A stretch of DNA of 64,000 bases. It comes from Orbicella franksi (taxonomy: Eukaryota). Made by a program: the position numbers and the translations under genes. Below the pieces are notes generated by a model. It saw only the letters and a program-made list of their open reading frames with translations. It did no database searches and was not told the origin of the DNA. The stretch is taken from contig OZ116707.1 in the NCBI GenBank assembly GCA_964199315.1, forward strand, positions 17,422,001-17,486,000. The letters are read 5' to 3'. Positions 1 through 12,199 of the stretch are shown piece by piece (the stretch's first letter is position 1; each line of letters starts with the position of its first letter).

Positions 1-932
1 TTGATTGACAATGAAATCCATGTGACAGCTGAAACTATTTTTATTCAGTTAAACGTGGGGGCTCGGTATAAACAGGGCTCCCCCCGACCGATTAAATTTA
101 TATAAGAAATTTCCAATATGGACGCCGCTGTGCTGTTGATATTTATCCATAAATAATAAAAGCTAACTTCAAAACTGAGTGGTTGTCTTTTATTCATGGT
201 TTACATACAGAACATTTGGCATATTTCACCATAAGACTTCAAGAAGATTACCTTCGATTGCACGCCATTTGTTTGAAAATCCCCTATTCAGTTCCCAGGC
301 TTTTCCCTCGTACAAACCTGCTATGTTCTTTTGCTTCTTACTATTGGATAGTTTAGTATTTTATAGATATAAGAAGCTCTGTGATTGGTACTATAAGCGG
401 CGCAAAATTCCTGGAAAGTTTGAATAAATTTGGAGGGATTTTGCTTGTAAACAAAACCGTTCGCGATCTAAGAAGATGTTGGGTTTTGGTGAGCCTTGTG
501 CGAAGAAAGCCAAGTGCGATCAGCAGAAAGTATATAACGAGAAAGGAAAGGAAAAACCTCGAAAGCCTCAATTTAGTTTAAATTTTCAGTTCGGGTTCTG
601 CGAAGAGGAAGAGATGAGAGCCACAAATGAACGATTCGGGCTATATACAGACTGTGAACAATACTGCTGATGCATCGATGTTGGATCGGATACGAGAAGT
701 CCAGAACACCAATTCATATCAGCAAAGGAATGGAGCGGTAAGTCTGTATAGCAAATGGAACAATATCGCTAATTCATTATAATTATGTACTTGCAATTGT
801 ACATGTCCATATACAGACACTTTTACTACAATAATTATTGCAAGTAATGATATCTTTGGTGTTTGCTTATTCAATAGACTGTCATAACTGACTGCCGACA
901 CGACTCGACAGCTAATGCCTACCATTCAACAG

Positions 933-1186
933 TGCCTTTTGTAACACAATATCAACCATCAGTGCCCAACCTCAAAAATGTTTTAATGGAAAAATGGCAC
1001 TTGATACAAAATCAGCCTTCTCTACGGCAAATTTTCAAAGAGCCACCACTAATATCGTATAAAAGAGGTAAATCCCTAAAAGACATACTCGTAAGAGCAA
1101 AACTATAAAGGGGTCATATATTACATGGTACAAAAGTTTCCATTGTTAGAAGTTGTGCAGGCCTGTCACTCCTTGCTAATTCCTAC
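933..1186 (+). repeat. PLE 5' pseudo-LTR (copy of the element 3' end)
   Basis: TGCCTTTTGTAACAC...GCTAATTCCTAC, matching 7299-7552 by eye with no differences seen. Confidence 0.92.
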
Positions 1187-1494
1187 TGTGATACTTTCCA
1201 GACAGAGCCCTGTTCTGACACGCGAAACCTCAAAATAACACACAATACTGTACATTGTGTACCGTACAAAACTTAAAGAATATATCAAGAAATATGCACG
1301 ATATACTGAACGCTTTACTTCATAACTGAGCAAAAGCATTCAAAACATAGTGTATTTTAACACAAAACCATACTAGTACTCAAAAGCCATGTTATATTAT
1401 GAAAAAATCCACTTAACCACCTCTACAAAAACACAACTTAGAGCTTGAGAGCATATAGGATCGAAAATACAGCAAACTGATTGACTGGCAAGGA

Positions 1495-1549
1495 CCAATC
1501 AGAATGCGCCTTTTTCGATCCCAACTTCAAAATGCTGTGGCTATATAAA
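1495..1549 (+). promoter_or_regulatory. Candidate PLE promoter (CCAAT box and TATA box)
   Basis: CCAAT at 1495-1499 and TATATAAA at 1542-1549, upstream of the ribozyme and ATG 1703. Motif-only evidence. Confidence 0.35.
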
Positions 1550-1628
1550 CCCAAACTGCCAAAAAGTCCCTTGGTGGATCAGAATTGAGTTAAACACTCT
1601 ACTGTTCCACTTACAAATAGTTGAAAAT

Positions 1629-1672
1629 AGCAACTGACGAGAATCGTGAAGATTCGAAACTGCAGTCTTGCT
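1629..1672 (+). ncRNA. Minimal type I hammerhead ribozyme
   Basis: AGCAA-CUGACGA-GAAUC(GUGAA)GAUUC-GAAAC(UGCA)GUC-UUGCU. Stem I AGCAA/UUGCU, core CUGANGA and GAAA, 5-bp stem II, 2-bp stem III within the palindrome ACUGCAGU. Predicted cleavage after C1667. Confidence 0.9.
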
Positions 1673-3822
1673 TAAAACCACAAATTGCTTGCTGTTCTGA
1701 TCATGGACACGGAGGATAAACTGTTGTCTGATACGAGCCCGTTAAACACACCACTGGATGAGAACGAAATGGCCGGGTGCTCAAAGGACAGCGACATTGA
1801 TAGTGCCTCAGAGCCCGAGGACGAAATAACGAGTTATCAACCCATCAAAACACCATCAGAGACAACAGCAAAAAACCACAGAAACGGAGAAAACAGAAAA
1901 AGAAAAGCGGAACCAGAAAACCTTTACTCGCTGGAGGATAAAATAAAACGAACTGAGGAGTCCATAAAGAAGCTACAGACACACTTGGACAATAAGACCT
2001 GTCCAAAGTCGTTACGATACAGAGCGTGGGCGAATATCCCGCCGGACGAACAGTTCAAAAAAGACATTCAGGCGGTCAAACAAAAAGCAGAACATGGCTT
2101 TCTATCAGCACTCACTAGGTTTAATTACCGCCGCCTCGAGAAACAAAAAATTAAGTTTCGCAAAGAAAAAGGTAAAACTCTCCGAAAAGGAACTCCAGAG
2201 AGAGGCTTAAATAACAAATCCAAACCTAAACCGCTATCGGCGGACATCAGTGTAAAAAACCTAGCAGCTATACTACGAATCGATGCTGAAAATGTGTCTA
2301 CACTACTGTCAACATTAAAGGAAGTTGTAAACAATAAAGATGTTGAAAAGTACACATGTCTGTTCACTGAATGTTCTAACACTGCTAACACAGACAGAAA
2401 AAATAAAAGGAAGGGAAAATCAAAAATCACAAAAACACAAATAAAAACCAAAAAGTGTAATGAACGCAGAAAACTATCAACCTCTTCTCTTACAAAAAAT
2501 AACGATAGATTTATTAAAAATCTATCGAAAGCGAATTTGACTGACAACCAAATTAAATTGCTATCAAAGGGATTAAAATTTATACCAACCGCCACAGTAA
2601 CGAAAACTAAAATACGGTGCCAACTCTTGCGAGATTACAAGGATTTTGCAAGACAAATGCGCTTAAAATACATTTTTCACAGGCAAAACAAATCAATACA
2701 TCCCTTCTATGTCAAATCAAACTGGGAACCGCCAGTCCAACCATCAGTCACATTAGAAACCTACCTGGAAGAGGTTAAACAACAAATCGCGGAGATAAAA
2801 ATAACCAGACAAAAACCAAACTTGTCACGCAAAGAATGTAAAGCGCTAAATGTTTTACAGCAAAGCAAAGATCTTAATTTCAAAAAAGCAGACAAGGGAA
2901 GCACACTTGTAGTCATGGATAAAAATGATAAAATACAAGAGGGCTAAGTCCAAATCAATGACCTAGATAATTACAAGCCTCTTGACAAGCCTATAGTTAA
3001 GGAAACACATACGAAGGTGTCATGCTTGATCTCAGAACTACACCGTGGCAACTACATTGATGACATGACTAGAAAGTGGTTATCTCAAACACCAAATCCA
3101 CCGCGGATTCCGGAATTCTATACCCTTACAAAGATCCACAAACCTACTCTAGTAGGAAGACCAATTATCTCAGGCTGCAGTGGGCCTACAGAACGAATAT
3201 CAGCATTTGTTGACACATTACTTCAGCCTATTTCCATATCACAAGCATCTTATCTAAAAGACACTACAGATTTTATTAATTTTGTTGAAAAGACGAAAGT
3301 GAATAAACAAACATTCCTTGTATCAATGGATGTAACAAGTCTATATACTAATATACCACAAGAAGAGGGTATAACTACAGTATGCAGAGCATACGAAAAC
3401 TTTCACAGAAATAACCCTCCTATCCCCACACAATATCTCAAAGAAATGCTAAGCCTGATACTGAAAGAAAATTCTTTCCAATTCAACGGTAAGAATTATC
3501 TACAAATCCACGGTACCGCCATGGGTACTAAAATGGCCGTTGCTTTTGCAAATATTTTTATGGCCAATATCGAAACAGAGATTCTTAGCAATAGCGTCGC
3601 AAAACCCACAATCTGGAAACGATATATTGACGATATTTTTTCTTTGTGGGATGTCAGCCAACCTGATATAGACAAGTTCATCGAACAAGCAAACTCACAT
3701 CACCCTACAATCAAATTTACAGCTGAAATTTCAAATACTGAAACTACATTTCTGGATACAGTTGTATACAAAGGCAAACGATTTAGAGATCAATCCATCC
3801 TGGATATAAAAACACACTTTAA

Positions 3823-6800
3823 GGGGGCGTTTTACCTGAATTTTGTCCAAAAAAGTGATTTTTTGTTTTCTGTCAAATCAGCAACTTTAACCATTAAAGT
3901 GTACATTAGGGAGTGCTTTGGGTGCCTATTTTCAATATTTTTATGTGAACGGGACACTTTTTGACAAGAGGTATTCAGCTCAAATCTCGTTTCCATGGCA
4001 ACGTAAGTTGTTTTTTTTGGTCCTGTTTACCGCTTCGTGGCCTCCCCAGAAAAGCTGGATAGTACACAGAAACAAAGGTGGACAACTCTGTGACTCTTAC
4101 ATGAAGCGGAAACCTAGAAACTGCACTATGGGATGGATACATTTGATCAGGAGTTAGTGAGCTTGTGAAATATCGAACGCGGTTAAAGTAATTATTGTCG
4201 TCAAAAATGACTGGAAAGGAAAAGCGAAGCTCTTATAGAAAGGTTAGGAAAGGAAAAGGATTTGGTGGGTCACGCAGAAGAGAAAAATCATCAGAGAAAA
4301 CTCCAGCAAAAGAGAGTGATGCCACTGAATTGATCGATCGTCCTAGCGGTTTGTTTGATCAATCTGATGTGTCGGATGAATCATCCGCCGACAAGAGTGA
4401 TAAACCGCTAAGCTCCTCTCGAAAAAAATGAAACTTCACCTATCTACGGATGAATCCTCTGGTAGTTCTGATGAAGAAACCAAAATAGAAGTAGATTCGA
4501 GTGGATACAGACTAATTGATTTAAAGAATCTATCATCCATGCTCTCCTCTGTGCACAAATGTGAAGAAGGTAAGCCAAGTCAATATTATAAGTATATGAC
4601 AATCAGGAAGTTAGAGACCCAACACTTTATCAATAAAAATGATGCCTGGAAGAGGGGCTTGTAAAGTCTGCTGTAATAGCAACATTTCTTTGCTTAATTT
4701 CTTAGCCAAGAAGCCTCTTGTTCATATGACAATAGTGATGATTATTGCTAATTTTATTAAAAGACATTTTGTTCAAATAATTGTTCTTGTAGTTTCTCTT
4801 ACGTGCTTCTCATTTTATTTCAACTTCAGCAAACCTTACCCTTGAAGAAAATAACTCTGTTCGTGCAGGATTGATGTCAAACTTGTCTGTTAACTGTAGT
4901 GCCTGTGAGGAAAGCAGCCCATTGATGACATCAGGTAACATTACGAAAAGAGGCAAGTCATATGATGTGAACAGGAGAGCTGTTTATCACTCCATAGAAT
5001 CAGGCACTGGATATGAAGGACTTGCTTCCTTCTGTGAGGTGATGAACATGCCTTGTCTCTCCACACGTGCTTATTATAAGCAAGTGGATAGCGTTTTAGA
5101 TGTTCTTGAAGATGAGGCAAAAGAGGAGTTAATAAGTGCAGGCCAAAGGCTTCGGCAAGTCATCATAGAAGAAATGATGAATTGGACAACACTGCGACTC
5201 TGGATGCTGCCGTAAGCTTTGATGGCACATGGGCCAAGAGAGGCTTTACTGCCTTGACAGGAGTGGTGTTTGTGATTTCTGTGGACACTGGTGAGGTTTT
5301 GGATTACCATGTGTTATCCAAAGCCTGCCAAAAGTGCGCCCTAAAAAAATCCCAGAGTGAAGGAGAGGATGAGATATTTGAGGAATGGAGAAGAGAACAC
5401 GTAGCATCTGGAGAATGCGATATTAACTTTACAGGAAGTTCACCAGCTATGGAGGCTGAAGGTGCTGCTGTTCTTTGGAACAGGTCAATTGAACTCCACA
5501 ACATTCGTTACAAATGGATGGTGTCAGATGGTGACAGTAAAGCCTTTAATACAGTTGAGAATGTCTATGATGACTGTAAAGTCATCAAGCTGGACTGTGT
5601 GGGCCATGTCCAGAAGAGAATGGGCAAACACTTAATTAATCTGAAAGCCAGAACTAAAGGCAAACTTACAGATGGGAAGCCGATAGGAGGGCATGGTCGA
5701 CTTACTGAAACCAAAATAAAGCAACTTCAGAAGTACTATGGACTGGCTATTCGTCAGAATACAATATCAAAGTCAAATCCATCAGACAGGGAAGTTGATG
5801 TGGCAGTTTACGCAATGAAAAAGAACATTATTGCCATTCTTAACCACAGCGTCCAATCAGGAGATGCTGCTAAACAGCATTGCTTCTGTCCACCCGGGGA
5901 AAGCTCCTGGTGTAAATGGCAGCAGGACTTGGCGACGGGCACATCCACCTATAAAGGTGATTACTGTTTGCCTGAAGTTTTCCTAGAAGTATTGCGACCT
6001 ACATTCACGACTCTCAGTGACACTAAGCTCCTTGAGAGGTGTGTTCGTGGGACCACTCAAAACCCAAACGAGTGCATCAACTCGATGGTGTGGGTTCGGT
6101 GCCCAAAACACAAACATCATGGTGCTAAAGTTATCCGCTGTGCTGCAGCATCTGCAGTATGCCATTTTCACAGAGGAGCGGAATGTAGGAAGAGGATAAT
6201 GGAAAAACTCTCCATTCCTGGTGGCTTATACACCAGCCATGCTTTTGGGCTCAAGGACAAGAAACGCTTACGAAAAGCAGACATTCAGGCAACTGATAAA
6301 GAAAAAAGGCGTCGCCAGGGTCTTCAGCTTGTGTGTATTCAGCGAGAGGAAGCCCTTCGTGAGATCGAAGGAGTGACATATGAAGCTGGGGGGTTTTAAA
6401 TTATTACCCCAGGCTTCTGTGAACAAAATCTGAACTGTATTTCTCTCATTACCATTGTAATTTCAAAGCAATTGATATTTAATTGCATTTCTTAAGTTTA
6501 CGGCTGTTTTTCTCAAAATGCGGTATTTTTGCTTTTGAGAAAAGATATCTCAAGAAGGATTTAAGCTTTTGACCTGAAATTTTCAGGATTTGTTGGTCTC
6601 ATTGAGTTAATTGGGATGAATGAGGGAAATTGCCATAGATTGCATAGGATAGAAATTATCAAAAAAATAATTTCTTGATTTTGATTGTGCAACTTTAGAT
6701 GGGAGTTGGGACTCGGTATTATAAAATTTGGCAAAATCCCTCATTCATCCCAGCAAGCAATATGTTAACTTTAAAATAAAATTAAAATGACCATTCTCTC

Positions 6801-7031
6801 TTTAAATTACACATGAAAATCTTTTCTCAAGTACACATGGGTCATGCACAGCATGTGGTACTTTAAAAGCCTGGTGTCAAGTTACAATAATCACTAACAC
6901 ATTGAAATATACATTTTTGTAATCTACAGGCCAAGAGCTTTCCAGTGATATATAGTTTGTTATGGTTTTGTCTAAAATCAGAGTTGTTACAATTGTTGCA
7001 AAAAAGGCCATTTTTCAGGTAAAACCCCCCC
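3823..7031 (+). mobile_element. Kolobok DNA transposon, 3209 bp, inserted in the PLE ORF
   Basis: TTAA TSD at 3819-3822 and 7032-7035; 18-bp TIR GGGGGCGTTTTACCTGAA versus GGGGGGGTTTTACCTGAA (1 mismatch); purine-purine termini. Confidence 0.9.
4207..6399 (+). pseudogene. Kolobok DDE transposase with one intron (4570-4829) and two 1-nt frameshifts
   Basis: Motifs SFDGTWAKRG, SDGDSKAF, LDCVGHVQKRMG, TQNPNECINS and a Cys cluster. Splicing GT4570..AG4829 gives HKCEEANLTLEENNSVRAGLMSNLSVNCSAC. Frameshifts lie in A-runs near 4425 and 5175. Confidence 0.85.
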
Positions 7032-7298
7032 TTAAGCCAACTGAAACCTTTCAATACACTCGTTTTTCCTCTAGCCACCCACCGGGTGTCAAAAAGGGAT
7101 TCGTGAAGGACGAAGCTCTAAGACTCTTACGAACTAACTCTTCAAGAGCAACATTTGAAGAGAACATTTACAAATTCAAATCACGTCTCCTTGCTAGAGG
7201 TTATCCAAAAAATCTGATCGAAACACTCCTTTCAGATATTAAATTCACAGTAAGGGAATTGGCGCTAAGACAAAAACATGAAAGCCGGAAAGAACTCT

Positions 7299-7552
7299 TG
7301 CCTTTTGTAACACAATATCAACCATCAGTGCCCAACCTCAAAAATGTTTTAATGGAAAAATGGCACTTGATACAAAATCAGCCTTCTCTACGGCAAATTT
7401 TCAAAGAGCCACCACTAATATCGTATAAAAGAGGTAAATCCCTAAAAGACATACTCGTAAGAGCAAAACTATAAAGGGGTCATATATTACATGGTACAAA
7501 AGTTTCCATTGTTAGAAGTTGTGCAGGCCTGTCACTCCTTGCTAATTCCTAC
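7299..7552 (+). repeat. PLE 3' terminal direct repeat
   Basis: Matches 933-1186. Confidence 0.92.
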
Positions 7553-9605
7553 CAGGACCCAACATGTGGTAGCTGTCCAGACTGTTACCAAAGCAGAGTT
7601 CTGCAGCTCCCAAACACATGAGTTCGAGGGAGTTCGAGGCAATGCAGAAAATTATCCCTGCCATTCAAACAAAAGGTTATTCAATTGTACCAGTTATATG
7701 GATCTAGATGTTCTCTAGGTTAACAATTCTCCCAGTTGTAAATTATAAGTTATTAATTTTACATCTTTTAGGACTCACTGTGATAGAGGTGTCACATAAT
7801 TTTGTGCCAAAAATAAAGAACTGGCTGGCGACACAGAACATCCAGAATTCTTTTGATACTTGGCATGGTAAGGAATCACCTAAATAATGTCACTGTATGA
7901 TGGCATGTACTTATTTTAGACACCAATAATCTGTACTCTCTACCAGCAAAAAATTATTTTCTCTACTTTTGTTGTTGCCTCATAGGAACTAAGGGAGTGG
8001 CAAAGGCCATGAAAGAAATAAGTAGTGGTGCACAGAAATGGGAAGGTGAGAAGTGGTTTGCAGAGCTGTCAGACAAGCGTATGTATACCTGTAATCCATT
8101 TTTCCTTTCTGGAAAATTAATCCAGCTGTATTGTCTGTTAGAGAAAAAATTATACAAGGCAGGTTCTATGCCAATGAGTTTCATTTATTCCCTTAGGCAC
8201 AGTTGCTCTGCAGCAGTATAAACTTATTTTTTGTCAAATTAATACCATTTCAATTTGCAGAGGCCAGTGTTAAACACCACTTCTATTATTCAATGAAAAA
8301 CTGTATCAGTGCAGATGATCTAAGATGGAGGCTGCTGACAATAGTTGCTCACTATCAGGTATTAAACCAGTCATCTCAATATGACTGAGGTTCAATGATT
8401 GCTATTAACTTGAGTGTAAATAAGGATGGCTATGAAATGTTTAAATTTTCAACCTAACTACTAGTTAATGCTGATATAAAATTTAAATGTGGAAAACTGA
8501 ACCATAAACCTTTCACAATTGCAGGGCAATCATGGTGGTTGTGATCCAGAATCTAAATGTAAGCAACCTGGGTACCAGTGCAGCAAGGTGAAAATCTCTA
8601 ATCAAGGAGCAGTAGCCGCCCTACGGAGGTTCATTTTGGACTCTAAGGTGTACAAGCTGGCTGAGGACTACTACCTGGTAAATTAGCATTCAGTGGGTAT
8701 TATTCTTGGTTTGTTCACCATAACCTCTCTTCAAAGAAACTTCTAATTATTTAGGGGAAATAACATTAATGGATATCAATAACCCAGAAGCAACTGTTTA
8801 TACGATTATTATATTTTTCAAATTGCAGTGCCGCGACACCTACTGGGTGGAATCATTTAATAATTGCATCCTTATCTACTGCCCAAAGAGAATTCACTTT
8901 GCTGACCGTACTTTTAACATGCGCATTGCACTAGCAGTAATGGACTGGGTAAGCAAAAGACAATATTTTCCCTCTCTGACAGGATTACCATATGCCAATG
9001 TCAGTTAATTTAATGTAAAATTTATGCTGTTTTCCTTTATATACTGACGTGGATATGTCACTACAGAATGAAAACGTCAACAGAGAAGCGACATCAGTGA
9101 GTTTGTTTTAGGATGTGCGCCGGCCAACCCGCAGAACAGGCCACAGAAATCTCCGTCCAAAAACCTTCACGTTCAGGGAGGCTGTCTGTTTTACATGTTT
9201 GAAACAACTTTGAAAAACATAAATATATAACATCAGGAAATCAGTCCATTATCCTATGCCATAAGACAGTACTGTTTATAGCCAAAATGCTCAATTGTAA
9301 CAGTGTTATAGTTCCAGTCTAGAAATATATACCTCTTACTAACCGAGTTTTTTTCGCTCTATACCTAGTTACGGTACTACGTAACTCACTATTGAGCTAT
9401 TATGCGTATTCAAGTTTTACAAGTAAATTTGTTCGATTGAATGCACAAACTTTCTGGAACAACACTCGCATAACATCAATAACGAAACCCTGGTAAATAT
9501 AGTTCAGCTTATTTACATAACAATATTTCTGAGGGCATACCGTACAGCAAATAAGAGTTGCTATAAATTTACAATGACAATAATTTAATATACAGCAGTA
9601 CTCAC

Positions 9606-9815
9606 TTGAATGTGACGGCTGAGAAACGTGTCTGTGGCTAACATATCGCCATTCTTGTGGCAATCGCGCCGACATTACGGCTTCCACTCTCCCCACTTCG
9701 TTCTCGGGTACTTCGACCAAAACCTTGCATTGCAGGTACCACAGTTTAACTTAGATGGCCGACAGCAAGTTAAGAAACGACAAGCGGCAGTTGTACTTAC
9801 TTGAACACAGATCAT
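9606..9815 (-). pseudogene. E1 convergent accessory gene, exons 1-2 (exon 3 not identified)
   Basis: ATG 9815 gives MICVQ, then a phase-0 intron (9800-9724), then a 118-nt exon VLVEVPENEVGRVEAVMS.. ending at a phase-1 GTGAG donor. The layout matches the E2 and E3 accessory genes. Confidence 0.45.
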
Positions 9816-12199
9816 TTTCAGTCGGTGAAGATACGCAGGGAAGACTTGAGGAAGAATATAAATTCACTGATCGATGAACGCAATCCTCGCTACGAAAACA
9901 CGTGTGCTACACGCAATCTTTCGCCTTTGGTTAGCCATTACTTCATCAAAGACCAATAGAAACAGTTTTTTTGTATGTATTCTTTATTTTAACCAATAGT
10001 AAAGTACAATATATCGTGCTATCCCAATTTGTTCTCGCGATGCGTGGGATAATTCAAAATCTGGTCCGCCGTGTTTCTAGGTTAATAGTCAACTAATGAA
10101 AATCTTCCTAAGGAAGATTTCCTTATATAGTGACCTCCCGCATTTAAGCTTGGAAGCACATGCAAGATGACATGACTTTGACAAGAGTAAAAGTACTGTT
10201 ATTTCGAAAGATTCTGCGATTCTGGCAAGGATTAGCTTCTGTAGACAGTGTATGCTCCTAGCAACGTGTCGGGTTTAGGAAATAAACAGAAGGTAAGTCA
10301 TTTTAGAAGGTGTTTCGACTTTGTATACTGAATTGAACTGTGAAAAGTGAATGGAATTCGCGGATCATACGTTCCATGTTGTGTTACGCATCGAACCAAC
10401 GAGTTCACTGTTCACTTGGCCTACGTGCCAAACGAACCAACGAGTTCAGCAACCGATCCTGTGTGTTCATTCGGCCTACGTGCCTAACGCTTAGTCTAAA
10501 CAAGAAGTTTGAAGCAACTTTGACACACGATATTCATTGAATCGGTGTATTCACAAATCAAGGAGTCTGTCACAGAAAACATCGACACCAACCATTTCAA
10601 AAATTGGCTCAAATAGTTGTTGTTTTGAAATTGAAGATATCATTGGAGTACGATGGCTGTGTAAGCGAGCATTATAATTCCTTGTTAATTCCTTTGCTGT
10701 TCTTTACAAAAACAGCAACTTGAAATGGCCAAGTTCTGCGTATTTGAGAGAACGCGAACTACGACGGCCAATTTTTAAAGTTTCTTTATTTTTTACATAA
10801 TTTTTCGAATTTTGATGCTGTCTTATATGTTCAGTTTGGGATATCTGTGATAGTAAGAGACAAACTGAATGAACCTAAATTCTTACAAGATTTGTAGGTT
10901 GACTATAAAGTCGTTTTTTTAATCGACGTTATCCTTGGCGTTGTTGTCGTTGTTGCTTAAACTGTCTTTTCCTGTTTGGGCGGTGAGCGTCTTTCTGCAC
11001 TTTGGACCATCTGTTTATTCCGCTGCGTTGTTTTCGCCATTCATTTGGTACGAATAGAAATCATCCGCAAGTGCATTGCAAATTGTCGAAATTACGCCAA
11101 AAATAACAGAAGAAACAGTACGTTTTCTAACTTAAGCCGCTGCCAGATTGGATTTCCACTTACGATCAGTGCCTTTCTACAAACAACAAAAGGCTTCCTG
11201 CCTTTCCTTTCATTGCGCATTAAATACATGCTAAATTGCAACTTTTTTCAATATCATGGCCTTATATCCGCGATCCCCCAATTCCTTCACGTTAATTCTG
11301 GTGACTCTACTACACCCCCGCCGCCAATCTGTACTTTAACATGCAAGATGTTATACGACAACCACAGGCGGCCCAAGCTCATGATGCGAGGAGTTATCTA
11401 TTTTTTTAAAAATCTTTATTCGAACGTTCAGCGTGTGAAACATGACATATTTACTGCCGACATCTACTATTACATAACCACCGAGTTTGGTTTCGCAAAA
11501 CGTGACCTTCGCCTTGCAGCATATGGTGGTGTTGTGTTACAACGGTTTGAATTTATAAAGGTTTGTATGGGGAAAAACGGTAATCGACATTATAGCTGAA
11601 ATTTTGATATTTTTGCAATAAAAATGTCTTGTTGTCTTTTCTATTGTCATCGCGCTTCTCAGCTCGATCAGAAGCCTTTTAAGCGAGTTATCGCTTTTTG
11701 TTTTTCCTCTACTAAGAAAGAGTGAAGGCTACACACTCGATTCTAGACTGACCCCCACTCGAAGCAAAAAAACAACAATGAAATCCCGCCAGCCGCCTCA
11801 ATTCCTCCGCAGAATCATACTACAGGGTTAAGCACTCCTTTTCAGTTAAATTCCAAGCCAAATTCATCTCCACAGCACACGCTACAAAGCTCTAATTCGA
11901 AGAAAGCTAGCCATCCGAACTCAGTGATCATGCTGCTGGGACCTGCCATGGCCACAGTCAACCAAATTGACCCTGACCAGGCCAAGGGAGTGCACAGTTC
12001 TCAACAAGCCAGGTACTTTGCTCCACGGTCCCCTAGGAAATGATTGGCTTGTCATAACAATGCTGCGTAAGCGGCCTGGACAAAAATCTTCCTGTTCCAG
12101 TGACCTACTAAGACTTAAGCACTCTCTGAAAGCTATGTTTGCACCAGCTTTGTTTTTCTCCGGCTAATGTTGACTTACAGCCTATTTTTAATCATTATA

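Larger units (their letters stand above)
1703..7474 (+). pseudogene. PLE reverse transcriptase ORF (about 852 codons after removing the Kolobok), one in-frame stop
   Basis: Motifs KADKG, GRPIISG, SMDVTSLYTNI, GTAMGT, WKRYIDD, FLD. Removing 3823-7035 restores KTHF-KPTETFQY..SSHP in frame. TAA at 2945-2947 is in frame with the 3017 ORF. The ORF ends LVRAKL-stop. Confidence 0.87.
933..7552 (+). mobile_element. Penelope-like retroelement (PLE) with pseudo-LTR structure and no GIY-YIG endonuclease in its ORF
   Basis: Identical 254-bp direct repeats at 933-1186 and 7299-7552 copy the ORF 3' end; PLE-type RT; hammerhead ribozyme in the 5' leader; no clean TSD. Confidence 0.88.
430..9213 (+). pseudogene. 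E1: intron-rich Kolobok-type DDE transposase gene, split by the PLE (5' start approximate)
   Basis: Manually spliced GT-AG exons give VITDCRHDSTANAYHSTVP (880-935), RTQHVVAVQTV (7553+), NSFDTWHG (~7850), GTKGVAKAMK, CRDTYWVESFNN..YCPKRIHF..RIALAVMDW (8829-8950) and NENVNRE..TFTFREA (9067-9213). The same motif order occurs in E2 and E3. Confidence 0.7.

Noticed and set aside
5182-6399. Calling this a Mutator/MULE transposase
   Set aside because: The TTAA duplication, short TIR and purine-purine ends fit Kolobok; MULEs typically make 9-10 bp TSDs.
7475-7720. Possible GIY-YIG endonuclease after the PLE stop
   Set aside because: No GIY-YIG motifs are present. The sequence after 7552 reads as the continuation of the E1 transposase.
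9400-9605. Exon 3 of the E1 accessory gene (a CECC stretch is present)
   Set aside because: The candidate acceptors I tested do not put the CECC frame in phase with exon 2.
10387-10495. Short imperfect direct repeat (CGAACCAACGAGTTCA..GGCCTACGTGCC, two copies)
   Set aside because: It has only two units and no functional context.
10690-10967. Segment resembling a common interspersed repeat, ending GTTGTTGTCGTTGTTGCTTAA
   Set aside because: Recognition is from memory only, with no second copy or partner end in the window.
10976-11599. 207-aa ORF
   Set aside because: It has a non-ATG start, no recognisable motif, and begins at the edge of a repeat-like segment; it is likely a chance frame.
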